Part shown: one piece after another, positions 26,860 through 38,676 of the stretch | Layout of the letters: every line of letters starts with the position of its first letter | Position numbering within the stretch: position 1 is the stretch's first letter | Assembly (NCBI RefSeq): GCF_002113885.1 | Contig: NW_018480040.1 | Span: 186,001 to 250,000 of the forward strand | Length of the DNA stretch: 64,000 nucleotides | Reading direction: 5' to 3' | Source of the DNA: Mizuhopecten yessoensis | Taxonomy: Eukaryota | The notes under the pieces: model-generated | What the model saw: only the letters and a program-made list of their open reading frames with translations | Databases searched by the model: none | What the model was told of the DNA's origin: nothing | Program-made: the position numbers and the translations under genes

Positions 26860-29142
26860 TCAGAGTTTTGAGACAATAGCTTCGTCAGATTTTTCACAAC
26901 CATACAGATAGTCTGCTTGGAATATTCTGTCAGATTTTAGATAAATTGCAAAATAAATTCTCTGTTGGTTCTGTGTATCTTGCCAAGAGTACACGTCTAG
27001 ATTTGAGCACGGCGGTGACTCTCCAATAAACGAAACATCGGTTTTAAGAACCGGTAATCGACAAATGTCGTCGTCATAGTGACGATAGTACCCGGATTGC
27101 GACGCTTCTGAAGCACAGTCTGCGCAGAATTTGTAGTATTGTGCATAATTGACGTGTAAATTGATATCCAAATCACTATATCTAGTGCGAATTATTGATT
27201 TAAATGCGTTCTTTGGTGGAACAAATTCCTCTTGTACATCTGTTATCATTGCAGGATCAGAACTTGCAAACTTAGTGCATTCTTCAACAAACGCTGTTGG
27301 AAGTTTCGACGGTCTCCTTGTTTCTGGATCAATGTTCACCATTTTTGTTTCGATGCGAAATATTCGCCCCATTGTGGAGGAATCTATTAGATCGTGGAAA
27401 ATGGAATATGATGTTGTTCCAACATTAGGAACTGAAGCGTGTAAAAAGATATCGTTGTTCTCAGGGAAACCTTTTTCGTGAAGTTGAGGAGAACATACAG
27501 CCTTCTCCCGTACAGTGAATGCTTTTTGTATAAGCTTTGTTGGAAATCCCTGCTTTATCATCTCTGGATAGCCTTCCCAAAGAAACTTTATTGTTCCATC
27601 GAAAGGAAGATGGCCTGAAAACAGACACAAATCTATTTATTCTTTTCAAAAAAAGAAAGATTATTACAAATCATTTGTAATCTTGTGATTAAGTTATGGC
27701 ATCTAGAAAAAGTTAAATTGAAAATTCGAAATTATTTAACATCTGCAATAAATAATTTTGTTTGATTTAGATCTAAGATGTACAACGTAAAACAGAATTA
27801 TATTGAACACGTGAGTTGAAAATGTGGCTTAATATTTCCCCTCCTGCCTGAGTAACTTTGGCCAAGTTAAGCCTTCCCTGCAGTTTCAAGAAAAGTATAT
27901 ACGTGCCGTATCTCACTGCATGCCGTAAAAGGGGACTAATGTGGGGGCCTCTGCACAATCTTTAGTTTTATCTAATGTCTTGTGTATGGATACCTTGAAG
28001 AAACCAAATTAGATCTTGCAACATTTTGGATCTTTATATTTCTCTCTACTTCTTATCAGCCTTTTTGTTTCCTAGTGCCTTCTTCAGCAGTACCTCACGT
28101 TTGGCCCTGGTGTTGAATGTCGACCAAGTGGGATTGTAAAAGCATCATATCCTTGAAATGGCTGCTGTTAACATTCAGCATTTAGGATAATGGCAACGAC
28201 TGGTCTAACCGTTGTCAGTAGAATGTAACCGGATGGAATGGTATTTCAGTGAGGGGCTATTGCAAGGAGTGATTTACTCCACCATACCCTGCCACTCCAG
28301 TACACACATGCACGCATCCATAACATACATTGAGACATGTCCTTAGATAACCCTAGCTGTTCATATGACGTCACACAAATTAGAACCAATCATTAGCCTG
28401 TTTCTGTGTGCGACTTAAAATGGTGTATTTGAAATACTTATCACAATTAGAGATACGTGTATAGATACATAAAATCGACAAAATAATCAAATGAAATAAT
28501 ACATTTTCATGAATGTCTAAGTTTCTGAAGTAGGCCATTAAAATGGCGAATAGTCCTACCGTTGTCTTATTTCTATTTTGTTTATAATACATATATTTTG
28601 TAATAGAGAAACATCATCATTTTTGCCAGAGATTCACAAATACCTTGCCTTCGTTTAACACTAGTGATCTACGGGAAACAAAATATAATATTTCCCTAAT
28701 TCAAAGACTTATAAATGTATTTCAGCAATTAATGTTTTAGCAAATGTTGTTATGGTTCTATAACACACATTGCTATTGATTACAAACTTAATAAAGCCAG
28801 GCAGGGCTTAATGTAAGTGTGTCAGCAATCGAAATGTGTGTTATAGGACCATAAATATATATAGTTATGCTTTATTTAGATATTTTGAACAGTTCTTTTA
28901 ACAGCAAATTAAGTCTTGACAACAATGAAATTGATGACGTGACAATAGAGATCGAGCATGTTACAATAGCAAATGCTGTTAAAGTATCGTAATAACATTT
29001 GCCTTATCAATGCATTGCAAGGGAAGGATGCAGAGCAAATGATTATATAAATATATAATACAAACTTACCAAACCTGTCTAGTATCACCCAAGTTGGGCG
29101 TGGCAATGACACGAGTTGCAATAAGTTGGTCTTCGTCCCCAT
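26860..29142 (-). CDS. Thioesterase paralog D (275 aa, C-terminal SKL); exons 29142-29070 and 27614-26860
   Basis: MGTKTNLLQLVSLPRPTWVILDRF|GHLPFDGTIKF. Carries RYSDLDINLHVNY and FIGES and ends IVSKL*. Confidence 0.88.
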
Positions 29143-30694
29143 TCTGACGGAATACAACTCGGAATTAGTACAAAAACTCCTGCTACAATTTTTTATCCAG
29201 TTTCTGTGAAGTGATAAATGGATGGTACATAGAGAAAATCAAAAACGCAATTAAAAGAATAAAAATTAAAAAGAAAAGCATCCATAGCAAATGATATTCA
29301 GGTTTCACTTAAATATCAAAAATCCGCTATCGTCAAGCCAATTTATTTAGAGTAATACTTTGTACTTGTGAGAAAGATTTCGCTTCATAAAATCTACACT
29401 GAACAAAAGGCTAATTGGTATGATGAGGAGTAAGTTCATCCGAATCAATCCGTACCTGAAACTCTATTCGTTAGTGCCCTCTTCTTACGACAGGAAGATG
29501 TAGGTGATTCTATAGTTGTTCGATGGTGAACTCGCGTTGATCTAATTCTTGAACTTCGATGTATAAAGGTTGGCATGCTATTTGACTGGTTGACGTCATG
29601 ACCGAGTATTGTGATAGTGCATGTATAACCAGTGATACAATCTGTGTTTAAACAACCCGGGGTCAAATTAAACTATGCCATTTGAGCGAAGATTAAAGCG
29701 TAGTTCAACAGAAACCTACTACAGGTACAATGTACTTGCCGATAGCTTGTGTTTCCTTAAACCGCCAGATCTGCATTTAAAATTGCATCTGTAAAATACT
29801 CATCTTCTTCATGTTTGCAGCATAGCTCACCGAACTCGTAACTGAAAAATATTATGTTATTGCGTAAATTTTATCTGTTAATTTTTGCGATCGAATAAAA
29901 GATTCAGCAACATGCATGTTCTTAGCCTGTTAATATTTGTGCCACAGTGGCTTTTCAAAAAGATATTTTTCTGACTAGCGTAAAATTGGAAGGCCGATCA
30001 GATAAATACATAAATATTGTCAAATTGTTCATCAAATGGAAGATAAACATGCTATTTTGTGTTCTGTGCCTGTTATTGTGTTATGTTACGAGTCGATTAC
30101 CAGATATACCACATGTTTAAGGGAGTTGATGATTAGAAATGTGATTTTATGTAATGTAATTATGTGCAATGTTTTTGCTTAAAAAATATAAGAATACGTA
30201 TTCATGAGGATGGAGAGGTTAATAATATCAAGTATCTTCTTGTTATTGAGATAGACATATAATTCATGATTTTTAGACTGAGTATAGAAAGTCTTTAGGA
30301 TGAGTTTTGATTCAGATGATATTAAATGATCTGACATGAATTTATGTCAGTCAAAACATAGAAAGAATTAACAGAAATATATGATGATGTGTAAATAAAG
30401 GCATACTTTATCGTGAGACAGTTTCACAGTGATTTCTTGTTGGATGTTAAAAAGATTTTTTAGAGACATAAATCGGTGTATAAAACTCGTCAAACTGCTG
30501 AAGTAAAGGTACTCACGTAAGATAACCTTTGAATTTATTTATCTATAGAAAAGTACTCCAAATATTAGTATATAGTGTGCAAATGTGTCTTATATCACTC
30601 TATATCTGAACATAGTAATGATTTCAACAAAAACGAAAATATTTGTATTTGTTTTTTTATTAATTACTTTTGGCAAATAAATTTGTTGTTTACT

Positions 30695-33600
30695 TCATCG
30701 TTTCAAGATGTTACTTAGATCAGATTTTTCGTAGCCGTACAGAAAGTTCGCTTGAAATATCATCGCAGATTTCAGATAGATTGCACAATAAATTTTCTGT
30801 ACATTGATTTCATCTTATCAAGTATACACGTCCAGATTTGAACATGTGGCAGATTCTCCTTTAAATATGACATCGGTCTCTAGAACCGGAAACTGGCAAC
30901 TGTCGTCGTCAGAGTAACGATAGTACCCAGATTGCGACGCTTCTGAAGTACTGTTTGCGCAGAATTCGTAGTATTTAGATAAAATTGACGTGCATTTAAG
31001 GATTCATATCATTAAATCTTGTACTACGAATAAATTCTTTGAAGGCGTCCTTAGTTGGAACCATTTCCTTTCGTGTTTCTGTTATTAAACCACGACTGTG
31101 ACTTGGAAACTTGAAACATTTCTCAACAAACACTGTTGGGAGTTGCGATGGCCTCCTTGATTCAGGATCAATATTAATGTGCTTTGTTTCAATAAGAGAG
31201 TGTTGCTCCATTGTAGAGGGGACCTATAGCACATTGAAAATAGAATATGTCTTCTTTACAGCCGTGTTGACCGATGCATTGAATAAAACGTCGTGATTCA
31301 TCAGGAAATTTATTTGGTGAAGTTTAGGAGAAAATTTACCTTTCTCTCGTACCATGTATGTTTTTTTAAGAAGAGTCGTGGGAAGCTCCTGCCGTTTGTT
31401 TTTAAGACAGCCTTCCCAAAGAGGTTGTATTGTTCCATCGATGGGAAGATGGCCTAAAGCAAACATTAATGTATAATATTGTTATGACATTCGTAAATAC
31501 TGATATCAGTTACAAAATGTCATATTGATTTAATTGATTAATTATCTTTTCACAAAATTCTTTTATAAACTCTTCTTGAAATATAATTATAACAGATAGG
31601 TATTCGAAACTGAACAAACGTTATTGTTCTTCATGACTTGTTTACTATATTTCTAACTATATAGTAACAACGCTTTATGCTACATTCTATATTTTTCATC
31701 TATAATGTCACATGGAGACAACAGTTAATTTATCGTAAGAAGAAATATGATTGATTGTATTATTATATGTTACAGCGTGTATGATTGGGTTATATGGAAC
31801 ATGTATTATTTTTGCAATTTAGATTTTTCAATTCATATATTTTCTTCTAATAAGATCGCTGCCAAAACTGCCTAAAGTAGGGATGTTTTACTCCTTACTC
31901 ACACCAACTCACACCGGAGCACACACCTTGCTCACACCAACACCAACGCTGCTCACACCGACTCACACCGGAGCACACACCTTGCTCACACTAACACCAA
32001 CGCTGCTCACACCGACTCACACCGGAGCACGCACCTAAGCTTGCTCACACCAACACCAACGCTGCTCACACCGACCCAAACCGGAGCATACACCTTAAGC
32101 TTACTCACACCTTACTCACACCGGCACACACCAGAGCGCACAACACCGCTCCTCACACTGCTCACACCAACGCTCACTCCACAATGCCTAACCAGACTAT
32201 TTCAGAACAACAACTATTGTAACACAATTTAAAACATGGGCCAAAATGCAAATAAAATATACAGTTTCTTTAAATTACCTTCCGATATTTATCTAACTTT
32301 GACAAACTAGCGATATATGTACATATGACAGGTTTTAATGTATCATGTGGTTTTTTATTTATTATTTAATTGTGCGGGTCTTTTATGTGTCAGTTTTAAT
32401 AGTTTGCCATGTATACCCACGTAAACAAGACCAGCATGATATCTTGTCGACACAGGACAGCAAGAGAATGAATGCGAACTTTAAAGAGTGTATTTGATGG
32501 TAAAAGGTACAGCTGTCAATAGGAGTGAACAAATACAAGTAAAGTCGTTTGGGTCATGCGATTCTCTTTGACCTTGCGTCAAATTTCTGTAATACTTCAG
32601 ACCTTTATATCGAGATAACGTCAGCTACCCAATCTTTATGTACTGTTACAAAATGCACTCGGTCACCAGATTCCATTATTTACTATGTAATACCGACGTA
32701 CTTCAACTCTCAAACGAATTTAAAACATCATTATTCCATTTCTGTAGAAATTGATCATATACATTAAACCATGTTCGTTCAAAATATTTTGTATAAAACA
32801 ATAATATATAAGTTGCTAAAAGGTGGAGAATCGTCATACTTCAACAGACAACTGAAGGATAAAGATCTCCAGAACTAGTTCATACGAAAGTGTAATGTTA
32901 CCATGAAGCTCTACGATACCAACTTTATCGTCCAGATTGGACTCTGTGTATGACAGAAACCGCATACACATCACCCTACTGAAAATGAAGGGGGCGGTTT
33001 CACTTCTAGCAATGATGTGTATGTCACTGGCTATTACCGAGAGCTTGTCGACATAAATTGATTCAACAAATACTTCGGACTTTATTAGGATAGCGTCAGT
33101 GACACTACCAGATAACGTCAACACCACACTGTGTGGTTATCTGAAACAATACCCTTTGCAGTACGATATGTCGTTTCCGTGTGTCATTATCAAGGGCGAG
33201 TACGCATTGACTTTAGACAATTCATCAAAACAAAGTAACCATTAGAGGTGTTGCATTTAGTTATCTTAAACAATATCCTGCATAAACTCCTCTATCTATA
33301 TACTTTTATTAAAAACAACACCGACTCAAATACTTCATTTGCCGACTAGCCTGTCGCGTACAGTAGCCGGAGTTTATTAGTGCATTGTTGGGCAATGTAA
33401 TCAAACAAATGTTTGACAGTAATATATATACAACTCCTTCACTTCTCTCCAAACACACGCCATTGACTATGAAGAATGAATTAAATGATCCAGTCCTGGG
33501 CTTAAAACCAGATCTAAAAAACTATATTTTTCGATATAAAAAACTCTGGAAAACCTTGGGCTGATCTAGGATGGACAAAATATCGAAAAACTAATGTTTA

Positions 33601-34731
33601 TCAATAACCACTGTAGCATGATGTACAACATGAATGTAACTTATTCTTATGTTAATACTGGAACGAGCATAAAGCGAATACAAGTGCATTGCAAGTTGTT
33701 TTTAATTGTGATGTTGTCGGTACGGCTGGCAGCTAGATACTGATACGTGTCCCTATTACACTGCCCGATCCCACCTTATCACGTGACCTATATATATATG
33801 TCACGTACAGAGCGAGTAGCACGAGCCGTTTATACAACATTTTCCCGGCTTATACTACCGAAACGCGGGAAAATTTAATTACAGTATGATATGTCGTTTC
33901 CGTGTGTCGTTATCAAGGGCGAGCACGCATTGACTTTAGACAATTATCAAAACAAAGTAACCATTAGAGGTGTTGCATTTAACGTTCAACAGTGGAAATA
34001 TCTACAACACCTAACTGCTCATATCAACATGTCTATTAGAAATGCTGGTATGTAAATGTATTAGTATTAAATATGTATTAGTATTAAATAAAATATAAAT
34101 AATATGTTACGTGTTTTGTTGTTTCGTATAGGTACTTATGACATAAACCTATGGGAGGGATGAGCTGCTGCATACTGTCATATATTCAACGTAACATTCT
34201 CATACATGTGCGGCACTACCGCTAGTGATTCTTTTTTTGAAATTCTCATCAGATAAAGATGTATAAATATCTGTCGGTGTACTTATACAAAATACATTGC
34301 GGTTTTTGAGTGATTCGAATATCTGTGTTTTTGTGATGTCTATGCAAAACTTTTTTTTATATGTATATGCAATCATTATATTTTGCCAATGATTTTAACT
34401 ATGTACAATAAAGTAATAATGAGTTTTACTGTGAATAATAACGATACGACCCTGCTAGATCTGATGCTATAATTTGGATCATGTATGTTATCTTGTCATA
34501 ACAAACGTTTATATCGTATACTTGTCTTTTTTATTAACGTTATTGTTACACGATCTGGCGCTATAATTTTGAACATGTATTTATCTTGTCATTATAAATG
34601 TTAATAGTGTATAGTTGTAGAACTACTACATGGGAAAACGTGCATTTTATTCAATCACCAAACCTGGCATAGAGCGCCCGAGATGGACGTGGTGACGTCA
34701 CAAGTGGGCGTAACTCGGACTTTGTTCCAAA
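30695..34731 (-). pseudogene. Thioesterase paralog E pseudogene; exons 34731-34659 and 31453-30695
   Basis: Start ATG lost (cag|TTTGGAACA versus cag|tATGGAGAC in paralog C). Stops at 31224, 30996 and about 30816-30821 (WQ codons changed to TGA TAA). Tail SKL has drifted to LKR*. Aligns along its length with paralogs B-D. Confidence 0.85.
31890..32180. repeat. CA-rich (ctcacacc) minisatellite, ~54-bp higher-order unit
   Basis: Unit ttgctcacaccaacaccaacgctgctcacaccgactcacaccggagcacacacc. Confidence 0.85.
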
Positions 34732-35336
34732 CTGAAACAGTAATATAACGACACTAATACAGACACACTTCGGTAAACTGCCATGACTTTTCCATTGTGG
34801 AGATTTCTCTGTCACACCCTCAGGGTAGGGGAAGATTCTATTAATCTCCTTCATCTAATTTGTTCTTTAGAATGATGTTATACTATTCATTAGACCAATG
34901 AGTAAATATGATAATGTTCATTAGTTCATCAATTCTTGTTATATATTGGTTTGTCGTTATCTTGAGGCTAATTTAGCCTTTAGTTATACATCTTATCAAA
35001 GGATTGATCCTCTCAAACTTTTCCCGTTTTAAGATACATAATTTTGTATATACATTTCTATAGGAAGCCGTTTTACTATTAATCAAATATCTGATATCAA
35101 AAATCGATTTTCGGATATAAAAGATAGCATCTAATTAAAGGGTAAGGTACACGCGCACGTGTAAAGTGAATTAGAGGGTGTGCGTGTAAATTGCATGTTT
35201 ATTATGAGTGTACATTACTTTGACAGGAACATTATTTTGTTAATGAGTGTGGTAAGAATTATTATTGTGAGATAGAAATAGGGTACAAAAGGGCTTACTG
35301 AAGATATATTAAGTTGTAAGATATATTAGTGGTTAT

Positions 35337-35640
35337 GTACATTCGGTTGTTAAATACATTACGTGGTTAGGTATATTACGTGATAACGTACATGACGTGG
35401 TAAAGTACATTACGTGATAAAGTACATCACGTGGTTACGTACATTACGTGGTAGGGTACATTACGTGATAAAGTACATAACGTGGTAAAGTACATTACGT
35501 GGTAAAGTACATCACGTGGTTAGGTACATTACGTGATAAGGCACATAACGTGGTAAAGTACATTACGTCGTAAAATACATTACGAGGTAAAGTACATTAC
35601 ATGATAAAGTACATTACGTGGTAAGGTAAATAAAGTGGTA
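35337..35640. repeat. 17-bp minisatellite, about 17 copies
   Basis: Unit tacattacgtggtaaag. Confidence 0.9.
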
Positions 35641-38159
35641 ATGTAGGTAAATAATGTCATAAATAACTTCAGATTTAATTTCATATTTAGAGGAAAGGTA
35701 CATAAAGTGGTAAGGAACATTTAGTTGTACTGTACCTAAAGATGTTAAGATACATTTCCAGAAACAGGGTGAGGTCACGAGGTTCTGGTCAGTCGACTTT
35801 TATTTGGAGATACGTCTCTTTCGGAACAGGAAAATCGTTGATTTCTTCATTCTATTTTTACATTGATTTTTATTTTTGTATTACTTAGATTGAATAAATC
35901 ACCTGCAGTGAGTTACCGCAATATTTTTATTTATTAAGTAAAAGCGACGAAACCATGTTTTGTTTCTTTCTGAATTAAATACCCCTTATGGAACCCCATC
36001 TTTATAAGGGGGAATAACTCTTAATACAAAATGGAAATCAGACGATAAACACAGTCACGTGTGTTCCGACAATGATCTAGTCGAAAGGTAAGATACGACG
36101 TATCTCTATTATATGTTAAACTAGATGGAAACAAATATAAACTACATAAGTACATGTGTATTGTATAAATGTATAGCTTGTTCGTCGTATAATATATAAA
36201 ATAACAGCTGATCTTTCGTGTGTTTTAGACTTAAATAGGTCCTACTTCCATTTCCTATCTATAGTCAAGGTCTAACCCTTGTGACCAGTCACGTCACTCA
36301 AAGATACATCTATACTGGTGATACTGGTTTACAGTGAGTACATGGGGAAGATAATACACATTCCAGATAACATCCTACTTTCATTTAACCGGATGTTATT
36401 GAGTCCGGCGTGACAATATAAGGGGCGCCAAAGGGTATAAATCGAATGACGTGCGGTTTCAATTCATGAAGTTAGAACATACTAATAACAATTATTGTGT
36501 TCATAAATCTAGCTTAATGTTTTTACATTTAGTTTAACGTTCTTGCTTAAGGGAAACATACTACATGTACGTTTAACTATAGTGTAGCATTTTTCCAATG
36601 ATGTTCTCTAGAGAGGTTTATATATATATAGTTCTACTTGGTGTAATATTTAATGATACACATATTGTTAAAATTCACTTTTTATACATTTAATTAACAA
36701 ATTCATTTACATTTCTTTTAATATACCTCGCAAACAACAAACCAATAGTTATTTGTTTACCACTAATTTCCATCCCCTTTAGTCAGTCTTTCTTCCTTTG
36801 TAATCACGCATTACACATGCAAGAGGAGATGAAATGCAACAGCCAGACCGGGATTCGAACCCGGGACCCTCCGAACTCTATGCGGGCACTTTATCGACCC
36901 AGTCCAGTTGCTGTTCCACTACATACATATTACGGCGTAGCATCAACAGAACGAAAAGTTTGACAATTACACAAAAATAGCCCCATGCATTTAATTTGTT
37001 ACCACATCTAAATAGCTAAGAAAGTAGAAGAAAAAAACACAAACATAGTTTTTGTATGACCATTTCCTGAATACCATTTTCCTTTTGAAAAAAAACAAAT
37101 CTTGAACATTTGGAGTAGAATCTTTCCGGGGTGCGTCTTAACGTTTAATGAAACAAACATCTGCTTTTTTAATCATATTATTAGTGATAAGTGCTCGCCA
37201 TTTGTTTTGTCGGAGAGGGAAAACATTGAATTTGAGTTTGAACGTAAGGAAACACTTTCATCTCCCAGTCAAAGTTCAACTATGTCATTTACTGGTTTAA
37301 AGGTAACATCATTGCATTCAATACTCCATCGCAACACACAAGTTTGGTCAATCATTTCTATGTTCCTTCCACATTTTTCCAAGACATTCTAGGAAATATC
37401 TTTTTGAGACACTAATGTCTCTGCAACAAATGCTTAAAACGTGTTTCTAGTCCCAGAAATAAAAAAAAAAAAATTAACAGACATATTTCGTTATCTTGGT
37501 GTGAAAGCGTTTGGAGACATTACGTAAAACTGAATAAGTAACGAGTAAATTAGAATTGATGATTTCAAACATGTCTATCCTTCATGAATAATATATATAT
37601 AGGATCTTACATTCGTTTTAATTTCATTAAAATTTATGAAACAGGTCTAAGAATTGATCAATTTAGCAAGCCTCTGGCGAGCTAGAATGAAAAATTCGTG
37701 ACGAGTTTCATAAATTTCCCCTATGAAATGAAAACGAGTGTAAGATCCTTTTTATCACATAATCAAGATTTGTGGCGTTTATTCGTGAAAAACGACAATT
37801 TTCATGCAACCTTGAAATGTAAAAAGCCGCCATTTTGACTCAAGTGCGTACATTTGTGACGTCATGTACTTGTTCTAGGCGTGACCTAACAATTGAAGCA
37901 AATAAAACGTACAACCAATCACAGGGCTGTTAGGTCATATTACATGGGTTAATACGCAAAAAAAAATTTGACATAGATATATTCACTGGATAACAGAGTA
38001 CATTATGTGATACAGTTGTACATGTAAAAAAATTTAGTAGAAGCTGATGCAGGGTTAATAATACAAAATCCCTCTCCTACTGTACTGTGTTTTTAATTCT
38101 CTCCTACACAAGCTCCCCTTAACTTCCAGTTGGATAGAAATCAAGCATTGCTGGGCCAG

Positions 38160-38385
38160 AACACTTCCGTTGACCAGATCGCTCAATATGTTAGAGCGCT
38201 ACTGCAACATTATGAAAGACTCGGGGTTCGAATCATGGTCTAACCCTGCTGAAAGTTTTCACCCTGAACACTATTGTTGATTATATATTTTGTTTGAGTC
38301 CTGCAAAGTATGGTTTTCTTTTCTTAAATGGTTTATCAAAGCTATAGTCATGTCGGGGAAATCGATTTCCAGTACTTCGTTACAG
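38160..38385 (+). mobile_element. tRNA-headed SINE-like repeat; second copy at 50264-50505
   Basis: Both start acacttccgttg, have a GTTCGAATC B box and share gcaaagtatggttttctttt...aagctatagtcatg. Confidence 0.65.
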
Positions 38386-38476
38386 TTGTACATGTAACAA
38401 TGATTTCGTGTCACACTTAAAGTGTTGCGATATTACTGTACACATACATTCTATCTGAAACAGGAAAGATAATAGT

Positions 38477-38548
38477 GGGCTTCCACCTGGGATCGAACCC
38501 TCGATCTCCAGGTTCCTAGTCGGACGCCCTACCACTGAGCTAAAGGGA
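38477..38548 (-). mobile_element. tRNA-like SINE head
   Basis: A box TAGCTCAGTGGTAG and B box GGTTCGATCC, but no clean anticodon arm or acceptor stem. Confidence 0.55.
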
Positions 38549-38676
38549 AATTCCCTCTAGCTCGAATCTAGAAGGCGATCTTAATCCTTTGTACAAGTAA
38601 AACCTGCCACATATCTATTCGTTTTCAAAAGTATGGGTTTTTTTTTAAAGTAAATGCATTATTGTTTTTACAGAAG

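Noticed and set aside
10775-27481. Plus-strand ORFs antisense to the thioesterase exons (10775, 17582, 20530, 27149)
   Set aside because: They are codon-mirror shadows of the real minus-strand genes.
38477-38548. tRNA gene
   Set aside because: A and B boxes are present but there is no canonical anticodon arm or acceptor stem; treated as a SINE head, like 36845-36900.
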